Assembly (NCBI GenBank): GCA_963776925.1 | Contig: CAVZON010000002.1 | Location: 58 to 64,057 of the forward strand | Length of the DNA: 64,000 nt | Direction of reading: 5' to 3' | DNA from: an uncultured Chloroflexia bacterium | Lineage (GTDB): Bacteria > Chloroflexota > Limnocylindria > Limnocylindrales > CSP1-4 | Position numbers and translations under genes: made by a program | The notes under the pieces: generated by a model | What the model was told of the DNA's origin: nothing | The model's database searches: none | Seen by the model: the letters and a program-made list of their open reading frames with translations, nothing else | In this document: positions 1 to 9,443 of the stretch, one piece after another | Layout: every line of letters begins with the position of its first letter | Numbering within the stretch: the stretch's first letter is position 1

Positions 1-1030
1 CACGTGAGAACTTCTCGGTGACGTAGCCGATGTCGGCGGCGAAGTAGGTTGGTTCCCCGTTGGACCGGTAGATCACCCGGTCCTTGTCGTGGCCGAACGC
101 GGTGGAGCGGAACCACAGTCGCGCCGTCCTGCTCGTAGACGTGGTCGTTGTCGCGCAGCCGGTCGATCGCCCGCTCGACCCAGCCGTCCCGGTGCAGCGG
201 GCCCTCGGTCGTCCAGACGTCGAAGTGGACGCCGAGGCGGTCGAGGCTGGCCTCGATCCCCGCCCGGATCTGTCCGGCCGCCCAGGGCCGAGGTCCGTCG
301 GCGGGTCGGCCCCGACCGGGACGCCGCCTGCCACACGTCGATCGGGACCGCGTCGACAGCTCGCGACGTACTCCCCCGGTAGCCTCCTCGGGCACCTCCT
401 CACCGCGCCGGAGGGCAGGGACCGAGGCACCGAGAGGTCCATCTGCCGGCCCGAGTCGTTGAAGTAGTACTCCGTGTGACCGGTGGCCACCGGCTTCGAG
501 CACCGGCTGAGCAGGTCACCCACGAACGCACCCCGGGCATTGCCGACCGTGAGGGGGCCGGTCGGGTTGGCGGACACGAACTCGACGTTGACCGCGCGTG
601 GCCGGATCGGCTCGACGCGGCCCCACGCCGCGGGATCACTGAGGATGCCGTCGACCAGGCCCTCGCAGGGCGTCTGGGCGAAGCCGGATGTTCAGGAACC
701 CTGGTGGCGCGACCTCGGCCGCTTCGACGATCGACGGTGGCCGTTAGATGCTGCGATCTCGCACCAGCTTGGCGGCGAGGAGCGTGGCGATCTCGAGCGG
801 TGCCCGGCGGTAGGGTTGGGGCCGACTTCATCGCCAGGTTGGTGGCGAGGTCGCCATGCCCCGGATCGGCCTGCTGTTCGACCTCGATCGGCGGGCGGGC
901 GTCCACTTCGAGCTCGGGCAGCGCTGCTGCGGATCGCCTCGTCCTACGCACGCGCGATGGCCTGGCGAGCCTGGGTCCTGATCGGTTCCTGGGAGCACGG
1001 GCGTCGGCGACCTCCTGCGGGCCGGACCAT
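1..1030 (-). CDS. argS: arginine--tRNA ligase (N-terminal ~60%; 3' end beyond window start; several frame breaks)
   Basis: Minus-strand translation gives ArgRS hallmarks: ...[23 protein letters not shown]..., ...[28 protein letters not shown]..., ...EYYFNDSG..., and at the window edge ...[27 protein letters not shown]. ORFs 73-336 and 400-951 are fragments of it. The start near ATG 1030 is uncertain. Confidence 0.8.
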
Positions 1031-1291
1031 GGTACCGGTCGTCAGCATGGCCCCGTGGTCAGGGTCGCGACGGGACCTTCCCGGTGCTCTACCGCACCGA
1101 ATTCCAGTCGTTGCTATGCTTTTGTGCGGTCAAGTGACGTCAATCGGACACCATCGGTACTAGACGAGTACCGGTTCCACCTGCGAACATCGGCCAACGC
1201 CGCCGCCAGGTGCACGGACAGTCCGGGGGAGCCACAGGCGGCGCCATCATCCATCCGAGGCTTTTCGGCCTCACGCTCGGGGACCTAGAAC

Positions 1292-2811
1292 ATGTCGACA
1301 CCACGTCGTCGACGCGCGGGATTTGCGCGTCGCCTTTCCTGGCTAGCGGTGGGGGCGCTGCTCGTCGCAGCCCTTGTACCCACACCGGCGCTGGCCTCCC
1401 ACGATCCGAACAGCGCGCCGAACGCCGATCGCCACGAGCTGGTCACTGGCAATCCCACATGTGATAGGATGACCAGTACTTCTCGTTCAAGATCGATGCC
1501 ACGCCGACCAACGGCACCCATGGCCCGATCATCATCAGCAACGCCACGAACTTCTCGTTCGACTGGGCGATGACCGAGCAGGCCCTCCATGACTACGACA
1601 TGTCCCGGCCGGCCATCAAGGCCAACAACGCGATCGTCTACTACTACTACTACCCGGTGACGACAGCGACACCAACCTGGTGCCCCCGTCGAACGGTGGC
1701 GACCAGCAGGCCCAGATCAGCCACGTCGAGTTCTGCTTCGACCGGCAAGCTCGGGCCGGAGCCGACGCCGACGCCGACGCCGACCGCGACGCCGGGAGCC
1801 GACGCCGACCCCGGAGCGACGCCCACGGCGACCCCGGAGCCGACGCCCACCCCCACGGCGACGCCCGAGCCGACGCCGACCGCGACCCCGGAGCCGTCCC
1901 AGTTCGCCTTCCCGACGATCGGGTTCACCCATTGCGAGAAGCCGGGCGGCCAGGGCGCGATCGTCGTCAGCGGCTTCGCGGCCACCAACGGCGGCGAGCT
2001 GGTGATCGACCCCGGTGAGAGGGCGGAACTCGTCATCACCGAGAACGGCACCTACCCGCTCGACCCGGGCGCCCACACCGCCATCGTCCGCTTCGAGGGC
2101 GAGATCGTGTCCGAGGAGCCGATCGAGTTCACGATCGGGGAGTGCCCCGTCGAGCCGACGCCGACCCCGGCGCCGACCTGGATACCCTGGCCCGACTGCG
2201 ACCCCGGCGCCGACCGCGACGCCTGAGCCGACCCCGGAGCTGGTGTTCGGCGTCCTCATCCACACGCCCGTGTGCGATGGCGACGTGCCCACCCTCGACT
2301 ATGAGGTCGAGGTCACCGGCACCGAAGCCGACACGCTGACCATCACCTTCCTGCACCCGACCGACCCGTCCCAGAACGTCGTCTACAGCGACGTGCCGTT
2401 CAGCGGCTCGCTCCTGTGGCCCGGCGCCGAGATCGACGACGAGGGCAACCCCGTCGATTGGCCGGGCTGGAGCTTCGTCGACGGTGTGTGGGTCGAGGGT
2501 GACGAGTTCGACTGGGTCCGCCCGTCGGTCCAGGTCCGCTTCGAGGCTGATGCCGATGCCGAGGCGACCGTGACCGTCGACTACCCGCCGTCCTCCCCGG
2601 ACTGCGACGCCAACCCGCCGGAAGGCGAGGTCGGTGGTGTAACGGATCTCCGGCGTGACCCTCCCGCCGACGGACATGGACCTCGCCCAGGGTGGCGTGG
2701 CCCCAGGCGACGGCTGGCGCCTCATCTCCTGCGATGGCCGGCCTCCTGGCTGGCGCCCCGCTCCTGACCCCGGCCAGCGCCGTCAGCCGCAAGGACTACC
2801 AGCAGGGCTGA
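1292..2811 (+). CDS. secreted Pro/Thr-linker protein with C-terminal TLPPTD + TM anchor-like tail (frame breaks)
   Basis: ATG 1292 followed by signal peptide MSTPRRRRAGFARRLSWLAVGALLVAALVPTPALA|SHD. The body reads across ORFs 1292-1573, 1570-2226, 1680-2018, 2015-2767 and 2655-2837 (...NGTHGPIIISNATNFSFDW..., ...VYYYYYPGDDSDTNLVPPSNGGDQQAQISHVEFCFD..., two PT linkers, ...LIHTPVCDGDVPTLDYEVEVTG...). It ends TLPPTD, spacer, hydrophobic helix, SRKDYQQG*, stop 2809-2811. Confidence 0.6.
1759..1897 (+). repeat. low-complexity coding repeat (Pro/Thr/Glu/Ala linker, ccg-acg-ccg-gag type)
   Basis: Translates as EPTPTPTPTATPGADADPGATPTATPEPTPTPTATPEPTPTATPEP. A second shorter PT stretch lies at about 2152-2240. 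Confidence 0.8.
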
Positions 2812-2835
2812 TTGCCACCGATCCCGAGCGCGCAT

Positions 2836-2870
2836 GACGGACCGCCTGGCCGATGGTCAGGCGGTCCGTC
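2836..2870 (+). terminator. perfect 13-bp stem / 9-nt loop hairpin just after the stop of the 1292-2811 gene
   Basis: GACGGACCGCCTG gccgatggt CAGGCGGTCCGTC, 25 nt after stop codon 2809-2811. There is no U-tail, which is common in GC-rich genomes. Confidence 0.5.
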
Positions 2871-3100
2871 CGTGTCTGCACGGTGTCGGGTAGGCGACCA
2901 CGATGCTGCCGCGGGCGGGACTAGGCAGCCGCATCGTCGCCCGGTAGCATCGGCCGTGGACGGGCGGGGAACCCGTCGGGGACCAGCGGAGCGCGAAGCA
3001 GATCTCGGGGACACGGGCCGCCGCCTCGCACAACGTCCGACACCGGTCGTCGTCGCCCCAGTGATGACCTGGTCGGGCTCGACCAAAACCTTTCCCAGCG

Positions 3101-3146
3101 TGGACGGACTGCCCGGCCACCTCCGGCCCGGCGGTCCGTCCATGTC
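3101..3146. repeat. inverted repeat TGGACGGAC-N24-GTCCGTCCA, sharing a 17-mer with the 2836-2876 hairpin
   Basis: GGCGGTCCGTCCATGTC (3130-3146) matches GGCGGTCCGTCCGTGTC (2860-2876) at 16/17 positions. The arms TGGACGGAC (3101-3109) and GTCCGTCCA (3134-3142) are perfectly complementary. Confidence 0.45.
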
Positions 3147-3490
3147 CGCCGCGGACGGTCCTCCATGCGGCAGGACCCTCGTTGCAGGGCCGCACCAGCA
3201 TCGTCGGTGCGGTCTGGTGGGTCTGCACCGGCACCAGGCGTGCAGACAAGTGACGACCTAGGAGTACCATCCGCGACCCTTGCGGCCTAGAGTGGCGGCT
3301 TCAAGTCCTGTCGCCGGCTGGTACTACCGGGGGTCCTGTCAGCCACCAGCAGCGCGCGAAACGGACAACAAGGCTCTCAGGGTCGCCGATGACGGCGACC
3401 AGGGGCACCGCCAAGGCGTCGCACGCTGTACGGCAATCGGCATCGGCAAATCCCGGGATCCAACGGTCGAGGGACCGGGAGGCATATCGA

Positions 3491-6400
3491 ATGACTCGGG
3501 GAATCTGGTTCGCGATGGGTGCGCGGACACGAAGGAGGCTCGTCCCGCTGTGGACCGCGCTCTTCCTGTGTTCGCTCCCATTGCAATAGTTCAGGCCGGC
3601 GCACCGGCGCCGGCCCTGGCCGCGCACGACGAGGGGATCTTCGAGCTCGAAGGAACGCGATCGACGAGGCCGCCGCCGGCGCCGACTGGGAAAACGGCCC
3701 CGAAGGGGCGGCCGACAGTTCTTCGTCGGCCGGCGATGCGAGGCCCCGATCAACGACACCAGATACTTCACGGCGGCGGCTCGAAGGACGAGAACGACAT
3801 CCCGCGTGGGGGATCACGACAACGGTCCCGGACAAGAACGAGCTGCTCGACGCCTACGCGGCGGTCTACCAGGCCGGTGGCGACACCTGGGTCTATTTCG
3901 GGGCTGACCGCTTCGACAACGACGGGACGCCCAGATCGGCTTCGGGTTCTTCCAGAACAATATCGCCATCCCAACGGCGACTTCACAGGCGAACATGTCG
4001 ATGGCGATGTCCTCATCCTCAGCGAGTACACGAACGGCGGCGTCGTCGAGCTCGGTCTGCGCGTACGAGTGGGACGGCGCCGGGGGCGGGCGAACATCGC
4101 CAGCCGTCGGCATCTGCGACCCGGCCACCGACGGCAGCAACCTGAACCTCGTCGCGGCCGGCGCCGGCGTGCGACCTGGCCGACGGCACGTTCGACATCT
4201 GCGCCCAGAACGATCGACGACGTCGAGGATGCGCCGTGGCCCTTCCTGAACAAGGACGGCGAGACCGACTTCGGCGTCGGCCAGTTCTTCGAGGGCGGCA
4301 TCAACCTGTCCGACATGTTCGGCGGCAATCCGCCGTGCTTCGGCAGCTTCCTCGTCGAGACCCGCTCCTCGCGGAGACCACGCGCAGCTGAAGGACTTCG
4401 CCCTCGGGCGACTTCAACACCTGCGCCCCGCCGGAGATCGAGACCGAGGTCTCCGACACGACGATCGATCTCGGCGGCAGCGTCACCGACACGGCGACCC
4501 TGTCCGGCGATGACGGCCCGGCTTCCGGCACCGTCGACTTCTTCGTCTGCGGACCGACGGACGCTCCGGCCGACTGCGCCGGTGGCAGCCAGATCGGCGG
4601 ATCCGTCGATGTCGACACGAGCGCGAATGGCGGGACCGCCACGTCCGATGCGTTCACGCCCACGGAAGCGGGCTTCTACTGCTTCCGCGTCCAGTACACG
4701 CCCGACGATGCGTCGCAGTACCTCGAGGCGGGCCACACGAACGACACGACCGAGTGCTTCCAGGTCCTGGCGGCCGACATCAATATCGTCAAGGTCGCAA
4801 ATCCGGAAGGCCCGGTCAGCGCCGGCGACGAGATCGGCTTCGACGTCACCGTCACCAATGACGGCACGGCACGGCCCTCGGCGTCTCGGTGACCGACACC
4901 CTGCCGACGAATGCCGGCCTCAGCTGGACGATCGCCGCGGGTTACCCGCAGGGCGATGCCGGCGCCGCGTGCAACATCGCCGCGGGTGTCCTGACCTGCA
5001 CCGACGGCTCGATGCCGAACGGTGACTCGTTCACCGTCCGCATCACCAGCCCGACGACCGCCGCCACGTGCGGCACGGTCGACAACACGGCCAACGTCAC
5101 GACCTCCAACGACGGGATCGCCGCCGACAGCGCGTCGATCACCGTCAACTGCCCGGACGTCAACGTCGTGAAGACGCCGAATGACGGCCAGGTGAACGCC
5201 GGCGATCCGGCGTCGTTCTCGATCGTGGTGTCCAACGCCGGCGCGGGCACCGCCACCATCGTCACGCTCAACGATCCCTTGCCGGCGCCGCTCACCTGGA
5301 CGCTCGGCACGGTCACCGGCGACATCAGCGGCGTCGCCTGCGCGGTCAACGGGGCGCCCGGCGCCCAGATCCTGCAGTGCGCCGACAACGACGGCATGAC
5401 GACCGGTCAGGCGTTCACGGTCACCGTGACGACGACGACCTCGTCGGCCCAGTGCGCCACCTACCCGAACGTTGCGACGGTCGACGCGACCAACGAGTCG
5501 AACGACGCTTCGGCCACCGATGACAACACGGACTCGGGCGCGATCACGGTCAACCGCCCGGACGTTACCGTCCTCAAGGAGGCTGACGCGAGCCCGGTCA
5601 ATGCCGGGGACCCGATCGGCTTCACCATCACCGTCGGCAACGCCGGTGCGGGCGTCGCGTATGACGTCGCCCTGACCGACAACCTTCCCGCCGGCATCGC
5701 CTGGTCGGAGGACAGCGACGCCTGCTCGATCGCGGCCGGTGTCCTGTCGTGCGACTTCGGCGATCTCGCGCCGGGCGCCTCGGTCGAGGTCCATCTGACC
5801 GGCACGACCGATGCGGCCGACTGCGGCACGCTCACCAACACGGCAGTCGTGTCGGCGAGCAACAAGGCGGCAGAGCGCCACGGGCAACAACACCTCGACC
5901 GACTCGGTCGTCGTGGACTGCCCCGACGTCGAGGCCCTCAAGGTCGCCGATGCCTCGCCGGTCAACGCCGGTGATGAGATCGGCTTCACGGTCACCATCG
6001 TCAACAACGGGACCGGCACGGCCTATGGCGCCACCGGCTCCGACACCCTGCCGGCCGGCATCGACTGGACGATCGACGGTGCGGCCAACGGTTGGTGATC
6101 ACCGCGGGCGTCCTGAGCTTCGGCCCGCCGATTCGCCCCCGGCGCCTCGGCCAGCGTCCACATCGTGGGCACGACCGATGCCGCCGACTGCGGTTTCGTC
6201 CCGAACACGGTCACGGTCGATGCGACCAACGAGTCGAACGACGCGTCGGTCACCGATGACAACACCGCCACGGACCTCGTCACGGTCCTGTGCCCGGACG
6301 TCCAGGTGGTCAAGACCGCGACGGACAATGCCATCAGCGCTGGCGAGGTCGCCGAATTCACCATCGTCATCACCAACATCGGCCTGGGGACGGCGAACGA

Positions 6401-8405
6401 CGTCAGCCTCACCGATACCCTGCCGAGCGGCATCGATTGGAACCTCGACGAGATCGCGTACAACGGCGTGGCGGTCGCGATCCCGATGCGCTGTGCACGA
6501 TCAGCGGCACCTCGCTGAACTGCCTGGACCTGGGTGACCTCGCCCCCGACGGCGAGATCTCCATCACCATCTTCGCCGACACCGACCTCGACGACTGCGG
6601 TCTGCGCGTCAACAACGTGACGATCGACGCGTCGAACGAGTCCGACGATCCGGAGTTCACCGAGAACAACACCGACGGGGCGACGATCCTCGTCGATTGC
6701 CCCGAGCTGGCGATCGACAAGGACGCGGACCACGTCGATCCGGTGCTCGATCGGCAACCCGATCGGCTTCACGGTCACGATCCAGAACAACGGCGATGGC
6801 ACCGCCTTCCTCCTCAGCGTCTCCGACACGCTCGACAGTGACTTCACCTGGTCGATCGAGTCGTCCGACCCCGGTTGGACCCTCGTCGGCAACGTGCTGA
6901 GCTTCCAGGGCAACCTCGCGGCCGGCGCGGACTCCTCGGTCCACGTCACGGCCCCGACGACCGTCGGTGATGGCGATCAGTGCGGGCTCGTCCCGAATGC
7001 CGCCGTCCTCGATCACCCGAGCATCCCGCCGACCACGGCGGAAGCCAGCGAGACGGTCCGCTGCCCGGGTGTCGAGCTCATCAAGGGCGCGAATGACGAT
7101 CTCGTCGAACCGAACCAGACCGTCAGCTTCCTGCTTGAGGTGCAGGTCGTGGACGGGCCGGTGACCGACGCGGTCGTCACCGACACGCTCCCGGTCGGTC
7201 AGACCTACGTCGCCGGCAGTGCCGAGTCGAAGGTCAGCCCCGCAGCGACGTTCAGTCCGGACGAGCCCACTGTGTCACCCGATGGTCGGACCCTCTCCTG
7301 GGAGTTCGCCAGCCTGGCGACCGGCGACCCGTCCGTGACGATCATGTACGACGTGACGATCGACGCCGACGCGTCGACCGCCACGCAGGTGAATGTGGCC
7401 AAGATCTGCATCTCCGAGAACGGGCTGTGCGACTCGGACGATGAGGATGTCACGCCGCAGCTGCCTGATATCGAGCTCATCAAGACCGCGGGCGACGCGG
7501 CCGACGGCGACGTCTTCGCGACGGTGCCCGGACCGGTCGACTACACCTACGAGGTCACCAACGACGGATCGCTCCCGCTGGTCGACGTCACCGTCACCGA
7601 TGACGCCGGCACGCCGGACGACCCCAGCGACGACTTCGGCGCGGACTGCCCGCAGACCACGCTGGCCGTCGCCGAGACGATGACCTGCACCTTCACGATC
7701 GACGTCCTCGCCGACACGGTCAACGTCGCGGTCGCTCGCGGCGTCACGGCCGGGGGCAACCCCGTCGAGGACGGCGACGACGCGGAGGTGGTGGTCCTCG
7801 AGTCTCGGCCTGGTCATCGACAAGTCCAACGATGCCCCGCTCGAGACCCTCGAGCTGCCCGATGGCAGCACCGCGGATCTCCCGACGGCGGACGAGGGTG
7901 AGACGGTCACGTACACGCTCGAGTACGACCTGTTCGGCGATCCGGTGACCGATGGCGTCATCACGGATGTCCTGCCTGCCGGCGTCACCTACATCGGCGG
8001 GTCGGCGACCGGCAACGCCGAGTTCACCTTCCAGGGCTACGACGCCACGACGCGCACGCTCACGTGGACGGCCGACGACGTGTCCGAGGACGGCACGGTG
8101 TCGTACCAGGCCACGGTCGACGAGGGTGCGGCCGAGCTGATCCAGCCGCTCATCAACATCGCCAGCATCGACTCGGATCAGACGGAGCCCGACGAGGCTG
8201 ACTCGCCGGTCTTCGTGCCGACCATTCCCTGGCGATCACCAATCCGCCGACGCTCCCGCCGACGGATACCATCGCCACCCCACAGGGGCAGGCCAACCCG
8301 GGCTTCACGATGATGCTCGTGCTCCTGACCCTGGCGGCCATCGTCCTCGTGGTCGGGTTCGTCACTCCGGTGCCGGCCTCGGTCCGGGAGCGGAACCGCC
8401 GCTAG
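3491..8405 (+). CDS. giant secreted surface protein: N-terminal domain + ~9 DUF11-type repeats + TLPPTD/TM/basic C-terminal tail (many frame breaks)
   Basis: GGGAGG lies 9 nt before ATG 3491. Signal peptide ...RRRLVPLWTALF/..APIAIVQAGAPAPALA|AHDEG. N-terminal domain pieces: GGSKDENDIP, WGITTTVPDKNELLDAYAAVYQAGGDTWVYFGADRFDNDG, IGFGFFQNNIAI, GDFTGEHVDGDVLILSEYTNGG, DAPWPFLNKDGETDFGVGQFFEGGINLSDMFGG. Then repeats of the form CPDVxVxK...VNAGDxIGFTITVxNxGxGxA..V.L.D.LP.G. Ends ...TLPPTDTIATPQGQANPGFTMMLVLLTLAAIVLVVGFVTPVPASVRERNRR*, stop 8403-8405. Confidence 0.75.
4774..8200 (+). repeat. tandem array of ~9 divergent DUF11-like (conserved repeat domain) coding units, period ~370-400 bp
   Basis: Unit starts recognisable at about 4774 (DINIVKV), 5150 (CPDVNVVKT), 5555 (RPDVTVLKE), 5925 (CPDVEALKV), 6293 (CPDVQVVKT), 6700 (CPELAIDKD), 7065 (CPGVELIKG), 7460 (LPDIELIKT) and 7805 (LVIDKS). 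The central units carry about 4 Cys each (C.I..GVL.C, ..CG.., ..C-PD). Confidence 0.7.
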
Positions 8406-8494
8406 CGCATCACGTCCGGTCGGTCGTCCCGCAGGCGATCGACCGGGCCATCTCGGCGCCGCAGGGCGCCGTCCCATCGGGGTCCCCGAGACCC

Positions 8495-8531
8495 GGACGG
8501 AACGCATCGCTGTCCGTGATGCGTTCCGTCC
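8495..8531. terminator. perfect 14-bp stem / 9-nt loop hairpin between convergent genes (bidirectional terminator candidate)
   Basis: GGACGGAACGCATC gctgtccgt GATGCGTTCCGTCC, between the stop of the giant gene (8405, +) and the stop of the MBL gene (8623, -). Confidence 0.55.
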
Positions 8532-8622
8532 ACCCGGTCTCTTCCCGTCGCTGTCTTCGAGAGCGACACCTGACCGGAGCGTGCCCGTCGTGGGTGCGCT
8601 CCGGTCTTCGTTCGTCGCGCGG

Positions 8623-9412
8623 CGTCAGCGCCGGCCGACGACCTCCGCGGTCGTGCCCGGCTCGACCAGGCGAGACCGGACCGTCGTACAGCGCCCGGAC
8701 GGAGGCGATCGTCGCGTCGGCGTCGTAGCCCATCTGCAGGTGGGTCAGCAGCACGGCCCCGGGCGACGTCCGGGCCGCCAGCGCCCCGACGGCCGGACCG
8801 TCGAGGTGCATCGCGCCTGGCGTGACCGGTCCGGGCCCGAACGAGACCTCGACGAGGAGCGTGTCGCCCGGCCGGATCAGCGCCGTCGAGGTCCTCCGCA
8901 CGGCCGCAGTCGCCGGAGTAGACGAGCCCCGCCGCCAGGTGGTCCGCGGCGAGCGAGACGCGATAGGCGACGCTGCTCGGCGTGTGGGCGACGCGTCGCG
9001 CGTCGAGGCGCAGGTCGCCGACGATCGTCGGCGAGGCGACCGACACCGGTTCGACGTCGAGCGCCGCGATCGTCCAGTCCCGTTCGCCGTGGAGCGCGTC
9101 CAGCCGGTCGCGCAGCCGGGCCGGGCCGATGACCCGGACGCGGCGGACCGGGTCGTGCTCCCAGCGCAGGTAGTGGCGCAGCGGGACGAGGTCGATGAAG
9201 TGGTCGGGGTGGAGGTGGCTGATGGCCACGGCCCCGAGCTCCGCCGGGTCGACGTGCGGGAAGAGGCGCGGGAACGAGCCCTGGCCGAGGTCCAGCAGGA
9301 TGGAGCTGCGGCCGCCGCGCACGAGATACGCGGCACCGGTCGCGCCGGCTCGGTCGGTGTAGGCGGGACCCGCGCCGAGGACATCGACCCGAAGGCCCGT
9401 CGCGTCTTCCAT
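8623..9412 (-). CDS. MBL-fold metallo-hydrolase (two frame breaks)
   Basis: MEDATGLRVDVLGAGPAY..., metallo-beta-lactamase motif ISHLHPDHFIDL. The C-terminal part ...GDTLLVEVSFGPGPVTPGAMHLDGPAVG...VLLTHLQMGYD... is in another frame (breaks near 8880 and 8660). Confidence 0.8.
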
Positions 9413-9443
9413 GTCGTCGGCAGCGTAGCCGACGGGTCGGGGG

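Noticed and set aside
1135-1142. TGACGTCA palindrome in the AT-richer argS / surface-gene intergenic region (possible CRP/CRE-like site).
   Set aside because: It has only 8 bp of symmetry. It does not fit the TGTGA-N6-TCACA type expected for actinobacterial Crp/GlxR. That is too little evidence.
1759-1897. Short periodic ccg/acg/gag repeats, also at 9590-9720 and 24575-24734, considered as a possible CRISPR array or minisatellite.
   Set aside because: There is no repeat-spacer organisation. They lie inside ORFs and translate to Pro/Thr linkers. There are no cas genes.
2812-3270. ORFs 2812-3261 (+), 2857-3270 (-), 2796-3143 (-) as candidates for a sortase or other processing enzyme between the two cargo genes.
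   Set aside because: There is no TLxTC or other catalytic signature. The composition is Arg/Gly/Pro-rich. I could not assemble a coherent protein even when allowing frame hops.
4676-6019. 447-aa minus-strand ORF inside the giant surface gene.
   Set aside because: The plus strand shows clear periodic DUF11-type repeats with conserved Cys and NAG/LP.G motifs. The minus-strand product is R/G/D/A-rich without structure.
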